DNA from: Longimicrobiales bacterium
Lineage (GTDB): Bacteria; Gemmatimonadota; Gemmatimonadetes; Longimicrobiales; Gaopeijiaceae
Direction: 5' to 3'
NCBI GenBank assembly: GCA_963664435.2
Contig: CAXXKM010000003.1
Location: forward strand, 1,414,476 to 1,478,475
DNA: 64,000 bases
Below are positions 53,608 through 62,610 of the stretch, in pieces. The notes below the pieces were generated by a model. That model saw only the letters and a program-made list of their open reading frames with translations. It was not told the origin of the DNA and made no database searches. A program made the translations under genes and the position numbers. How positions within the stretch are numbered: the stretch's first letter is position 1; each line of letters starts with the position of its first letter.

Positions 53608-54581
53608 GGTCCCGGATCCGCGGTTGCGTAGGCGATCAGCTTGTAGACCAGGCGGGCGACCAGAAAGTCCGGCGCCCGCAGGCCCGGGATGGGCGCCAGT
53701 TCCACCACGTCGGCGGCCACCACACGGCGTTCGGCGAAGACCCGGCGCAGGAAGCGCAGGGTGGGATACCATGCACAGCCGCCAGGTTCGGGCGCGCCCG
53801 TACTCGGAACCAGCGACGGGTCGAAGTAGTCGACGTCGAAGGTGAGGTACACCAGCGGACCGAGCGCATCCAGGGCGCGGTCCATCCAGGCCTCGTCCTG
53901 CTCCATCTCGTCCGCGAAGATCAGCGTGACGCCTGGCTCGCGGCGCGCCGCTTCCACCTCTTCCAGGCTGACGCCGCGCAGCCCGACCGCGACAATGTCG
54001 GCCCGGTCCATGATCCGGGTCATCGCGCACGCGTGCGAAAAGCGCGACCCGTCGTGGGAGGCGCGCAGGTCCGCGTGGGCGTCGAACTGAAGCACGGAGA
54101 GTCGTTCCGGATGGCGCGCCGCGGCCGCGCGAATGGCCGCGGAGGAGATGGAGTGCTCGCCGCCCAGCATGGTCACGAAACGATCCTCGGCCGCGTCGTA
54201 CACGGCCCCCCAGGCCTCCTCGAGTTGCGCCAGGGCGGGGGCGGGTCCGTCGCGGGTCAGCTCCAGGGCGGGCAGCGTGTGAATGCCGGCGCGGCACGGC
54301 TCGGCATCCAGTTCGTGGTCGTAGAGTTCGACGTAGTGGGACGCGTCCAGGATCGCGCGCGGGCCGTAGCGGGTTCCCGTGCCCCACGTGGTGGTGGCCT
54401 CGTAGGGCACGGGCAGGATCACCGAGCGCGCGGACGCGAAGGCGCTGCTCGCCTCGTCGAGGCCGAGGAACGCGCGCGGCAGCCCCCAGCTCAATCCGGC
54501 CAGGGATCGTGGAAGAGATTCGATCGCGGCATCGTGAGCGACGGCGCCCCGGCCCGTACCCGGCGACCTCAGATTCGGCAT
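53604..54581 (-). CDS. speB: Agmatinase / arginase-family ureohydrolase
   Basis: 325-aa ORF. GGEHSIS, QFDAHADL and TFDVDYFDPS Mn-binding motifs. Confidence 0.87.
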   Translation of the reverse strand: MPNLRSPGTGRGAVAHDAAIESLPRSLAGLSWGLPRAFLGLDEASSAFASARSVILPVPYEATTTWGTGTRYGPRAILDASHYVELYDHELDAEPCRAGIHTLPALELTRDGPAPALAQLEEAWGAVYDAAEDRFVTMLGGEHSISSAAIRAAAARHPERLSVLQFDAHADLRASHDGSRFSHACAMTRIMDRADIVAVGLRGVSLEEVEAARREPGVTLIFADEMEQDEAWMDRALDALGPLVYLTFDVDYFDPSLVPSTGAPEPGGCAWYPTLRFLRRVFAERRVVAADVVELAPIPGLRAPDFLVARLVYKLIAYATADPGP

Positions 54582-54594
54582 CGTCCGTGCCCGC

Positions 54595-55092
54595 TCAGAT
54601 GCTCTCGATGGGGCAGGTCAGGCCGTCATCCTCGAGCCTCGCTCCCGACTGCCGGCAGTCGGCGCACAGGCCGTATATCTCCAGCTTGTGCCGTGAGGGC
54701 CGAAAGCCGTGTTCGCGCGCCACCCGTTCCTCGAGCCGCAGGATCTCGCTCGAGCGGAACTCGGTGACCCTGCCGCACGACAGACAGATGAGATGCTCGT
54801 GCACGGGCTGGCGCGAGAGACGATGTTCGTAGCGCTTGAAGCCTTCTCCGAAATCGTGCTCGTCGACCAGCTTGGAGCGCACCAGCAGATCGAGCGTGCG
54901 ATAGATGGTGGCCTTGCCGATGCGCTCTCCCCGGGCGCGCAGATGGCCTTCGATCTCCTCCACCGAGAGGTGCTCGTCGGAACCGAACACCACGCCGGCG
55001 ACCGAGGCCCGCTGCTGGGTCATGGGGAATCCCTGATCGCGCAGATAGCGGCCGAAGAGGCGCACGAAGGGGTGGGCTTGCGTCGTCTTCAT
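54595..55092 (-). CDS. fur: Fur-family metalloregulator
   Basis: 165-aa ORF. Winged-helix region (SVEEIEGHLR...ATIYRTLDLL), HEHLICLSCGRV and CADC Cys pairs. Confidence 0.88.
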   Translation of the reverse strand: MKTTQAHPFVRLFGRYLRDQGFPMTQQRASVAGVVFGSDEHLSVEEIEGHLRARGERIGKATIYRTLDLLVRSKLVDEHDFGEGFKRYEHRLSRQPVHEHLICLSCGRVTEFRSSEILRLEERVAREHGFRPSRHKLEIYGLCADCRQSGARLEDDGLTCPIESI

Positions 55093-55580
55093 AACCCTTG
55101 GACCCTGACTCGCTCCTCAAGTTCAGCCACGAGCCGGTTCAGCTTCGCGGCGTCGCCCCCGATGACGATCTCGCGCGGTTCTCCGAGTTGGAGCGACTCG
55201 CGCCGCACGACGCCGTTCATCACGCGCGGAAGAGAATCCGCGGGCGCGAGCCCCTGCTCGACCAGCTCGGGTTCGACGCCGAGGTCGCGGCCGCGCCTCC
55301 TGGCCAGGTAGGCGGCGGTCAACAATCGCCGGCGTCCGGTCTCCGCAAAGCAACTTATCGCAACCAGCCCGCGCTCGCGCCTCCCCCGGGTCATGGGGGG
55401 GAAGATCCAGAGACGATCGATGGAGCCCGCTCCCAGACGGCTGCGCACCAGCGCGATGGTCGTGGCGAGCCCCTCGGGGACTCCCGGGTCGGCCGGGTCG
55501 TCCACTGTGGAGCGCCCGTCGCGTCCGCGGGGCCGGGCCGGCCGCCTGGAGCCGCTCCCGCCCGTGCCGCCGGCTCTCAT
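55089..55580 (-). CDS. Hypothetical protein
   Basis: 163-aa part of track ORF 55089..55913. ATG at 55580 forms ATGA with the nrnA stop, and its own stop forms ATGA with the fur start. No motif recognised. Confidence 0.5.
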   Translation of the reverse strand: MRAGGTGGSGSRRPARPRGRDGRSTVDDPADPGVPEGLATTIALVRSRLGAGSIDRLWIFPPMTRGRRERGLVAISCFAETGRRRLLTAAYLARRRGRDLGVEPELVEQGLAPADSLPRVMNGVVRRESLQLGEPREIVIGGDAAKLNRLVAELEERVRVQGL

Positions 55581-56581
55581 TCCCGCACCAGGGCGCGGGC
55601 GGCATCCACCACGTCGGCGCGCACTTCCTCCAGGGGACGCCGCACGAGCGCCCCGGCCGCCTTGGCGTGGCCGCCACCCCCGAAGCTGCGGGCGATGCCG
55701 TCCACGTCGATCGACCCGTTGGACCGGAACGACACCTTGGTCGCACCTTCGTTCGTGGTGCGGAACAACATCGCAACCTCCACGCCCTTGAGGGCGCGGG
55801 GATAGTTCACCAGCCCCTCCAGGTCGTCGCCGGTGGCCTTCAGGTCGCGATAGGCCTGGTCGGGCACGGTAATCCAGGAGAGGCCGTTTTCGGCCCGCAA
55901 CTCCCCCAGGCACTCCCGCAGCAATTCGAGTCGGCGCAGCTCCATCGACTCGAAGAGACGCCGGTGGATTCCCGCCACGTCGACGCCCCGCTGCACGAGT
56001 TCGGAGGCGATCAGATGGGTGCCCGGGGTGACGTTGCTGTAGGCGAAGGACCCCGTGTCGTCGGCGATGGCCGCGTAGAGCGCGTTATCGATGGCGGGAA
56101 TGCCGCGTGCTCCCGCGGCCAGCAGAATGTCGTACACCAACTCCGCGGTCGCGCACGCCCCGGTGTCGACCAGGCGGTCGCCGGGGATGGGGCGGGTCGG
56201 CGCGGTGTGGTGGTCGATCACGACGGTGGGCCGCCCTTCGACCATCGGCTTCACCCGGCCCAGGCGGCGCCGGTCGCCGGCGTCCACCACCACGATCAGA
56301 TCCGCGGCCGAGCACGCCCGCGCGGCCCGGGCGGTCTTCGCCGGCAGGTGCCACTCCTCCTCCGGAAGCAGGAACCGGTAGCGCTCCGGAAAGGGTGTCG
56401 GCGGCACGAACCAGCCCTCGGCGCCCCGGCCGCGCAGCCAGGCGAGGAGGGCGACCGCCGATCCCACCCCGTCCGCATCCGGGTTCATGTGGGTCGTGAG
56501 CACGACGCTGTGGGCGGCGGCAAGGCGGGTTGCAAGCCGCCGGGCCGGCTCCCGCCGGTGGGATGGGGTCTGGTATGGCAT
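55577..56581 (-). CDS. nrnA: DHH/DHHA1 phosphoesterase (NrnA-like oligoribonuclease / pAp phosphatase)
   Basis: 334-aa ORF. HMNPDADGVGS, VVDAGD, IDHH, GGGHAKAAG. Confidence 0.87.
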   Translation of the reverse strand: MPYQTPSHRREPARRLATRLAAAHSVVLTTHMNPDADGVGSAVALLAWLRGRGAEGWFVPPTPFPERYRFLLPEEEWHLPAKTARAARACSAADLIVVVDAGDRRRLGRVKPMVEGRPTVVIDHHTAPTRPIPGDRLVDTGACATAELVYDILLAAGARGIPAIDNALYAAIADDTGSFAYSNVTPGTHLIASELVQRGVDVAGIHRRLFESMELRRLELLRECLGELRAENGLSWITVPDQAYRDLKATGDDLEGLVNYPRALKGVEVAMLFRTTNEGATKVSFRSNGSIDVDGIARSFGGGGHAKAAGALVRRPLEEVRADVVDAARALVRE

Positions 56582-56614
56582 GCCGGGTCGGGGAATTCCT
56601 TGCTGAAGAGCCTG

Positions 56615-57319
56615 TCAGTCGACGCGGGCGCCCGTCCGGGGTCTCCCGGGCCTGGCGAATCGCCTGGCAACCTTGGCGAAGGTGGACGCCAGATGCACCG
56701 CGTGCGGAGAGGCGACACCGGATACGCGGGCGGAACGGAGCGCCTCCAGGAAGGCGTCGGGCCGGTTGGGATGGGCCGGAAGCTCGACGCGGGCTCGGCC
56801 CACCTCCCACAAAGTGTGCGCGTCCGACCCGGCGCCGCCGGGCAGGTTCCGGCGATCCGCCAGGTCGGCCGCGGCCTGATTGAGCGCACGGTCGTGCAAC
56901 CGGGCGTTGAAGACCTCCACGATATCCGACTGGTCCGCCAGTTCCTCCGCGTAGCGCCCGGAGCCGCCCTTGCCGCGGGCGTACGGGTGGGGCAGATACA
57001 CCAGCCCGCCCTGTTCGCGGATGCGCGCGCACACCTCCCGGGCGGGCGTCCCCTTCGGGATCTCCTCCTTCAGATAGAGCCCGATCACGTCGATTCCTTC
57101 CGCCGTCTTCACCTCTTCGCCCGGGATGATCCGCTCCGGGTGGCGGCGCGCCATCTCGCGTGCGGCCCAGATTCGGTTGTGGTCGGTGATGGCGATCCGG
57201 TCCAGGCCTCTGGCGACAGCCACTGCCAGCACCTTCTCCGGATCGCTCAGGCAGTCCCACGAGGCGTGCGTGTGCACATGCATGTCGACGCGAAGCAGGT
57301 GGTTCTCCGGCATCGTCAT
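56615..57319 (-). CDS. PHP-domain metal-dependent phosphoesterase
   Basis: 234-aa part of track ORF 56615..57640. ATG at 57319 forms ATGA with the coaE stop. VDMHVHTHASWDC, ITDHN, GSDAH. Confidence 0.8.
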   Translation of the reverse strand: MTMPENHLLRVDMHVHTHASWDCLSDPEKVLAVAVARGLDRIAITDHNRIWAAREMARRHPERIIPGEEVKTAEGIDVIGLYLKEEIPKGTPAREVCARIREQGGLVYLPHPYARGKGGSGRYAEELADQSDIVEVFNARLHDRALNQAAADLADRRNLPGGAGSDAHTLWEVGRARVELPAHPNRPDAFLEALRSARVSGVASPHAVHLASTFAKVARRFARPGRPRTGARVD

Positions 57320-57930
57320 CCGCGCTCCCGGAGAAACCGTGCCTTCAGCCGGGCCAGGAGTTCCAGCGCACGTTGTTCGAGCTCGGCCGGGGTACCATCG
57401 TTGACGATCACGTGATCCGCCATCGCGCGTGTCTCCCGCGCGTCTGCCTGGGTGCTCATGATTCTGGCTGCCTCCTCCGCGTCCAGGCCACGCAGGCGTA
57501 CGAGGCGCTCGAGGCGAACGGCGGGCGGCGCGTCGACCAGGACAGTCACGTCCACGCCATGAGCATGGCCCGTCTCGAAGAGCAGCGGGATCTCGGCCGC
57601 CACCAGTTCCACCCCCCGGCGCCGCTGTTCCCGCATCCACTCCTCACGCCGGTCCCGAATGCGGGGATGCAGGATCGATTCCAGCTTGCGACGGGCATCT
57701 TCATCGCGGAATACCCGATCCCGCAACCGGCCCCGGTCGAGCTGTCCGTCCGGCCCCAGCACGTTCTCCCCGAACGCGCGCGCGACTTCCCGCAGCCCGT
57801 CCGTCCCGGGCTCCACCACCTCGCGCGAAAGGTCGTCCGCGCTGATTACGGGCACGCCCGCCCGGGCCCAGGTCTTCAACACGGTGGACTTGCCGGAAGC
57901 GATGTTCCCGGTGACCGCGACGCTCAGCAT
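57316..57930 (-). CDS. coaE: Dephospho-CoA kinase
   Basis: 204-aa part of track ORF 57316..58155, with ATG at 57930. P-loop VAVTGNIASGKST, and ILHPRI. Confidence 0.9.
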   Translation of the reverse strand: MLSVAVTGNIASGKSTVLKTWARAGVPVISADDLSREVVEPGTDGLREVARAFGENVLGPDGQLDRGRLRDRVFRDEDARRKLESILHPRIRDRREEWMREQRRRGVELVAAEIPLLFETGHAHGVDVTVLVDAPPAVRLERLVRLRGLDAEEAARIMSTQADARETRAMADHVIVNDGTPAELEQRALELLARLKARFLRERG

Positions 57931-58036
57931 GGACGCCCTGCGCGCCGACACGGGCCCCCGTCGGGAGTCGGGACGATGAACGGACGGATGCGCAGGCGCG
58001 CATGAACGCTCCCGGAGCGGGAGCGGGAGAGCTTCG

Positions 58037-58573
58037 TCATCCGCCGCCGCCCCCCAGCGCGTCGAACAGGTAGACGATGGCGATGTACTTGGCGATGAGC
58101 CCGGCGGCGCTCCAGGTGAGCGCCCGGAGGGCGCCGAAGCGCGACATGCCGGCAACCAGGAGCATGTTGGGGGAGGAGAGCGGAAACAGGTTGAAGGTGA
58201 GGATCGCCCAGGTGCCCCAGCGTCCGATCAGGCCGCTGAACTTCGCATAGCGCTCGCGTCCCAGGAAATCCTCGAGCACCCCCGTGCCGACCGCGCGGCC
58301 GATGGCATAGTCGATGGCCTGGGCCGCCAGCGCGGTCGTGACCGCGAGCAGAACCAGCAGGCCGCCCGCGTGCCCCTCCGACTGATAATAGGGAACGAGC
58401 GCCTCGACCGGCATCAGCAGGAAGAAGAGATACCCGGCGAAGTGGACGGTGACGAAGGAGCCCAGCCCGGGCGCGCGGCCGGCATAGATGGCCCGGCCGA
58501 TGGTGGAGGACACCAGCGCCACCGCGACCAGGACGGTGACCGCCGCGATCAGGATGCGCGTGCGCCTGGTCAT
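58037..58573 (-). CDS. YqaA/DedA-family (VTT domain) membrane protein
   Basis: 178-aa polytopic ORF. LMPVEALVPYY, DYAIGR and FNLFPLSSPNML resemble the VTT/SNARE-associated family. Confidence 0.75.
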   Translation of the reverse strand: MTRRTRILIAAVTVLVAVALVSSTIGRAIYAGRAPGLGSFVTVHFAGYLFFLLMPVEALVPYYQSEGHAGGLLVLLAVTTALAAQAIDYAIGRAVGTGVLEDFLGRERYAKFSGLIGRWGTWAILTFNLFPLSSPNMLLVAGMSRFGALRALTWSAAGLIAKYIAIVYLFDALGGGGG

Positions 58574-58601
58574 GCCGCGTGGAGCTCCCGCCTGCTTCCA
58601 C

Positions 58602-58850
58602 TCACCGGCCGCGCCGCATGCGTGCCGCCCAGCGCAGGAACCGCTCGGACTCTTCCGCCGGGGGACGGGCGTGGGGATCGCCGTAGGCCGTATCCAGCCG
58701 CCAGCGCAGGAAGGAAGCCGATGGGAGGGGAAGAAACGGGGGCCTCCGAAACCAGCCGCGGCGACGAAAGGCCCATCCGGCTCCCAGCAACGCGGGTATG
58801 ACGGAAGGACGGCGAAACGCCAGGACGACGAAACTCCGGTAGATCCCCAA
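58602..58850 (-). CDS. Small Arg/Trp-rich hypothetical membrane protein (doubtful)
   Basis: 82 codons from a TTG at 58850, preceded by GGAGAAG. One hydrophobic segment (FVVLAF...VIPALLGAGWAF). A competing ORF, 58570..58899, lies in another frame. Confidence 0.3.
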   Translation of the reverse strand: MGIYRSFVVLAFRRPSVIPALLGAGWAFRRRGWFRRPPFLPLPSASFLRWRLDTAYGDPHARPPAEESERFLRWAARMRRGR

Positions 58851-58966
58851 GACGTGTCGCTTCTCCGCGGGCGAGGTGGTCGATGAGCGGCTGTTCCAAT
58901 CTAGTCGATCGCCGGCCCGCCGTGACGTCGAGGCCGCGAGCGCAGGGCGCCGGGCGCGTCGCGGAA

Positions 58967-60937
58967 TCAGTCGGCGAGCTCGGTCCGATCCCTGAAGTGC
59001 TCCAGCGCGTCCGGGTTCGCCAGCGCCTGCCGGTTTCGCACTGGTTCGCCGTGGACCACGGCTCTCACGGCCAGCTCCACGATCTTGCCGCTCCGGGTTC
59101 GGGGAATGTCGGACACCTCGAGGATCTTCGCCGGTACATGGCGAGGGCTTGCGCGCCCGCGCAGCGCGGCTCGAATCCGGGCGCGAAGACCCTCGTCGAG
59201 AGCGTGTCCGGCACGCAGGCGGACGAAGAGGACCAGGCGCGTCCCCCGCGTCCGACGCTGGCCGATGGCGATCGCCTCGCGGACTTCCGGCAAGGCTTCC
59301 ACGACCCGGTACACCTCCGCCGTCCCGATGCGCACGCCGGCCAACAACAAGGTCGCGTCCGAGCGGCCGTGAATGACGTATCCCCCGCTGGGGGTTCTCT
59401 CGATGTAGTCGCCGTGGTGCCATACGCCGGGGAAGCGCCGGAAATAGGTGTCGTGGTAGCGCTCGCCGCCGCCGTCGCCCCAGAAGCCCAGCGGCATGGA
59501 GGGGAAGGGCCGGGTGCACACGAGTTCGCCCCTGCCCCGCTCCAGCGGACGGCCGTGGTCGTCGTACACCTCCACCGCCATCCCCAGCGCGGGTCCCTGG
59601 ATCTCCCCGGCGAAGACGGGGTGGGTGGGCAATCCGCCGACGAAACAGGCGCACAGGTCCGTCCCCCCCGACACCGAAGCCAGGTGCACGTCGGGCTTCA
59701 CATGTTCGTGGACGTAGCGAAACCCCGCCGCGGCCAGAGGCGACCCTGTGGAAATGACTGTCCTCAGCGAGGTCAGCGCGTGGGTCTCCCGGGGGCGAGC
59801 GCGCGCGTTACGCAGCATGGCGAGGAAGCGGGGAGAAGTCCCGAGATGGGTCATCCGGGCCGAATCGGCGAAGTCGAACAGGACGCCGTGGTCGGGAAAC
59901 GCGGGCGAACCGTCGTATAGGAGCGCGGTCGCGCCCGATCCCAGGATGGAGACGAGCCAGTTCCACATCATCCACCCCAGGGTGGTGAAGTAGAACACCC
60001 GGTCTCCCTCCTTCACGTCTGCGTGCAGGCGCTGCTCCTTCAGATGCTGCAGAAGTACGCCGCCGGCGCTGTGGACGATGCACTTGGGCGGACCTGTGGT
60101 GCCCGACGAGAACAGGATGTAGAGCGGGTGCGCGAACGGGAGGCGCGCGAAGGAGATTGACGCGGGCTCGAAGGGCGCGATGAAGTCGGAGAAGGCGACG
60201 GCTGCCGGGAGATCGGGGGCGGGACCACCGTCGGCGGGCGCCGGCCCGCCCGGGTTCGCGGCGGGCACGACCACGACGCGCTCCACCGACGGGAGGCGGC
60301 CCGCGACCGCCGCGAGCTTGTCGGCGGTGGAATACCATCTGCCGCCATACCGGTAGCCGTCGATGCCGATCAGCAGCCGGGGCGCGATCTGGCCGAAGCG
60401 GTCCACCACGCCATCCACCCCGAAGTCCGGGGACGCGCTGGCGGTGATCGCCCCCAGGCTCGCGGCGGCCAGCACCGCGGCGATCGCCTCGGGCAGGTTG
60501 GGGAGCAGAAGAGCTACGCGGTCTCCGCGCCGGATGCCGGCGGCCTGCATCCCCTGGACCACGCGCGACACCAGATCACCGAGCTCCCCCCAGGAGAGGG
60601 TCGGTCCCGGACCTGCTTCCGAGTACGCGATGACGGCGGGGGCGGAGTCGTCGCGTTGCAGCAGGTTCTCCGCGAAGTTGAGCCGGGCTCCGGAGAAATA
60701 ACGGGCCTCCATCGGCCCCGGTCCCCTCTCCAGAATCGCATCGCCCTTGTCTCCCACCACCCCGCTCCAGTCCCAGAACGCGTCCCAGAATGCGGCCTGA
60801 TCCGTCAGCGACCATCGCCACAGGGCTTCGTAACCGGGGCCGGGAAGGTGCCCCTTCCGCTCGAGGAATGCGCGGAAGTCGGTGAGGTTGGCGGCGTCGC
60901 GCCGTTCCCGCGCGGGTCGCCAGATGGGAGAAGTCAT
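58967..60937 (-). CDS. Acetoacetyl-CoA synthetase (acetoacetate--CoA ligase)
   Basis: 656-aa ORF. N-terminal ...YEALWRWSLTDQAAFWDAFWDWSGV is typical of AACS. AMP-binding motif FSSGTTGPPK. Confidence 0.88.
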   Translation of the reverse strand: MTSPIWRPARERRDAANLTDFRAFLERKGHLPGPGYEALWRWSLTDQAAFWDAFWDWSGVVGDKGDAILERGPGPMEARYFSGARLNFAENLLQRDDSAPAVIAYSEAGPGPTLSWGELGDLVSRVVQGMQAAGIRRGDRVALLLPNLPEAIAAVLAAASLGAITASASPDFGVDGVVDRFGQIAPRLLIGIDGYRYGGRWYSTADKLAAVAGRLPSVERVVVVPAANPGGPAPADGGPAPDLPAAVAFSDFIAPFEPASISFARLPFAHPLYILFSSGTTGPPKCIVHSAGGVLLQHLKEQRLHADVKEGDRVFYFTTLGWMMWNWLVSILGSGATALLYDGSPAFPDHGVLFDFADSARMTHLGTSPRFLAMLRNARARPRETHALTSLRTVISTGSPLAAAGFRYVHEHVKPDVHLASVSGGTDLCACFVGGLPTHPVFAGEIQGPALGMAVEVYDDHGRPLERGRGELVCTRPFPSMPLGFWGDGGGERYHDTYFRRFPGVWHHGDYIERTPSGGYVIHGRSDATLLLAGVRIGTAEVYRVVEALPEVREAIAIGQRRTRGTRLVLFVRLRAGHALDEGLRARIRAALRGRASPRHVPAKILEVSDIPRTRSGKIVELAVRAVVHGEPVRNRQALANPDALEHFRDRTELAD

Positions 60938-61026
60938 CGTGACGGCGAAACCTGTCCTTGCGTGAGGGGAATTCCGGAATCGGAACCGGTGGTCCGGGAA
61001 GCGGTGCTTCCGGGTATCTTATGTCT

Positions 61027-61131
61027 GGGTGACGGCGGCGGGGAATCGGGTGACGGCGGCGGGGAATCGGATGAAGGCAATGCGCGGTCGGATGATGGAG
61101 GTGCGGAAACGGATGAACGCGACAAGAGAAA
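61027..61131. repeat. Five tandem 21-bp units, each starting GG(G/A)TGA, in the divergent intergenic region
   Basis: Read directly. GGGTGA at 61027 and 61048. GGATGA at 61069, 61090 and 61111. The first two units are identical (gggtgacggcggcggggaatc) and the later ones are degenerate. Confidence 0.85.
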
Positions 61132-61153
61132 CAGGTAGCGGGAGGAACGCAAA

Positions 61154-62608
61154 ATGACGGCTGTCGTCAAGCGCCAGGTCCCATGTCCCGGGGTCCGTGG
61201 CCCGGCGGCTCTCGTCGTTGTGCTCTCGACAGCGTGCACCACGGCCCCGGCTCCGCCGGCGGACGAAGCGCTGCTGATCGATGGAGGCACGGTTGTGGTC
61301 ATGGACGACACCGGAACCGTGCTCGAGGGCGGCGCGGTGCTCGTGGAGGGAGAACGCATCACCGGTCTCCTGGCATCCGGCGACCCCCGGCCGTCCGGCG
61401 CAGCCGTGCTCGACGCAACCGGGCACCTCGTGATCCCGGGACTCGTGAACACGCATGGCCACGCCGCGATGTCGCTCCTCAGGGGACTCGCCGACGACCT
61501 GCCGCTGATGACCTGGCTGGAGGAGCACATCTTCCCGGCGGAGGCGGCCCTGGTGAGCCCCGACTTCGTGTACTGGGGGACGCTGCTCTCGTGCATCGAG
61601 ATGCTCAAGAGCGGGACGACCACCTTCGCCGACATGTACTACTTCAGGGACGACGGAGCGAGGGCCACCATCGACGCCGGCATCCGGACCGTGCTCGGCC
61701 CGAACGTGATCGGCTTTCCCGCCCCGGACTATCCGTCCCCCGAGGCTTCGCTCGCGGACGCCGCAGAGTTCATGGAACGGTACCGTGACCACCCCACCCT
61801 GGTCCCGGGGGTTGCCGCCCATGCGCTCTACACCACATCGCTCGACGATGTGGCGGACGCCGTACAGCTGGCCAACGACTACGCGGCTCCCTTTCAGATT
61901 CACACCGCCGAAGACGCGGGGGAATTCGCCACCGTGAGCGGTCTGACCGGGATGGGGGTGGTGGAGGCGCTCGAGTCCATCGGCGCGCTGCGGCCCGGCA
62001 CGGTGCTCGCCCACTCTATCTACCTCACGGACGAAGACATCGCGCGCATCGCGGCGAGCGGCGCGGGTATCGCTCACAACCCCGAGAGCAATCTGAAGCT
62101 CGGCATCTCGCGGGCGGCTCCGATCGTGGAGGCTCTGGCCGCGGGGATTCCGGTGGGACTCGGGACCGACGGACCGGCCAGCAACAACGACCTGGATCTC
62201 TTCGACGAGATGGACACCGCTGCCAAACTCCACAAGTTCGCCACCGCCGACCCCACCGCGCTCCCGGCCGAGACCGTGTTCCGGCTTGCCACCATGGGCG
62301 GCGCCCGGGTCCTCAACCTCCACGACCAGATCGGCTCGCTGGAGCCGGGGAAGCGCGCCGACATCGTCCTGGTGGACACACGCCGGGCCGGGCTCACGCC
62401 CCTCTACAACGTCTACTCGCATCTCGTGTACGCGACGCGCGGAAGCGATGTCTCGACGGTGCTGGTGAACGGACGCGTCGTGGTGCGCGACGGGGAGGTG
62501 CTGACGGTGGACGAGGCGGCGGTGCTGGAGCGTGCACGCTCCTTCCGGGAGCAGGTTGTGGAGGTGATGCGGGGCGGGGCGGGGCGGACGGAGGGCGCGG
62601 GCGGGTAG
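61154..62608 (+). CDS. Amidohydrolase-superfamily deaminase (MtaD / SAH-MTA deaminase-like) with signal/lipobox
   Basis: 484-aa ORF with ATG after GGGAGGAA. LSTAC lipobox, VNTHGHAAMS, QIHTAE, LGTDGPASNN. Confidence 0.82.
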   Translation: MTAVVKRQVPCPGVRGPAALVVVLSTACTTAPAPPADEALLIDGGTVVVMDDTGTVLEGGAVLVEGERITGLLASGDPRPSGAAVLDATGHLVIPGLVNTHGHAAMSLLRGLADDLPLMTWLEEHIFPAEAALVSPDFVYWGTLLSCIEMLKSGTTTFADMYYFRDDGARATIDAGIRTVLGPNVIGFPAPDYPSPEASLADAAEFMERYRDHPTLVPGVAAHALYTTSLDDVADAVQLANDYAAPFQIHTAEDAGEFATVSGLTGMGVVEALESIGALRPGTVLAHSIYLTDEDIARIAASGAGIAHNPESNLKLGISRAAPIVEALAAGIPVGLGTDGPASNNDLDLFDEMDTAAKLHKFATADPTALPAETVFRLATMGGARVLNLHDQIGSLEPGKRADIVLVDTRRAGLTPLYNVYSHLVYATRGSDVSTVLVNGRVVVRDGEVLTVDEAAVLERARSFREQVVEVMRGGAGRTEGAGG

Positions 62609-62610
62609 GC

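Noticed and set aside
61027-61131. A CRISPR array or minisatellite coding repeat.
   Set aside because: The units are only 21 bp and directly abutting, with no spacers. No cas genes are present. Both flanking genes start outside the array, so it is neither CRISPR nor coding.
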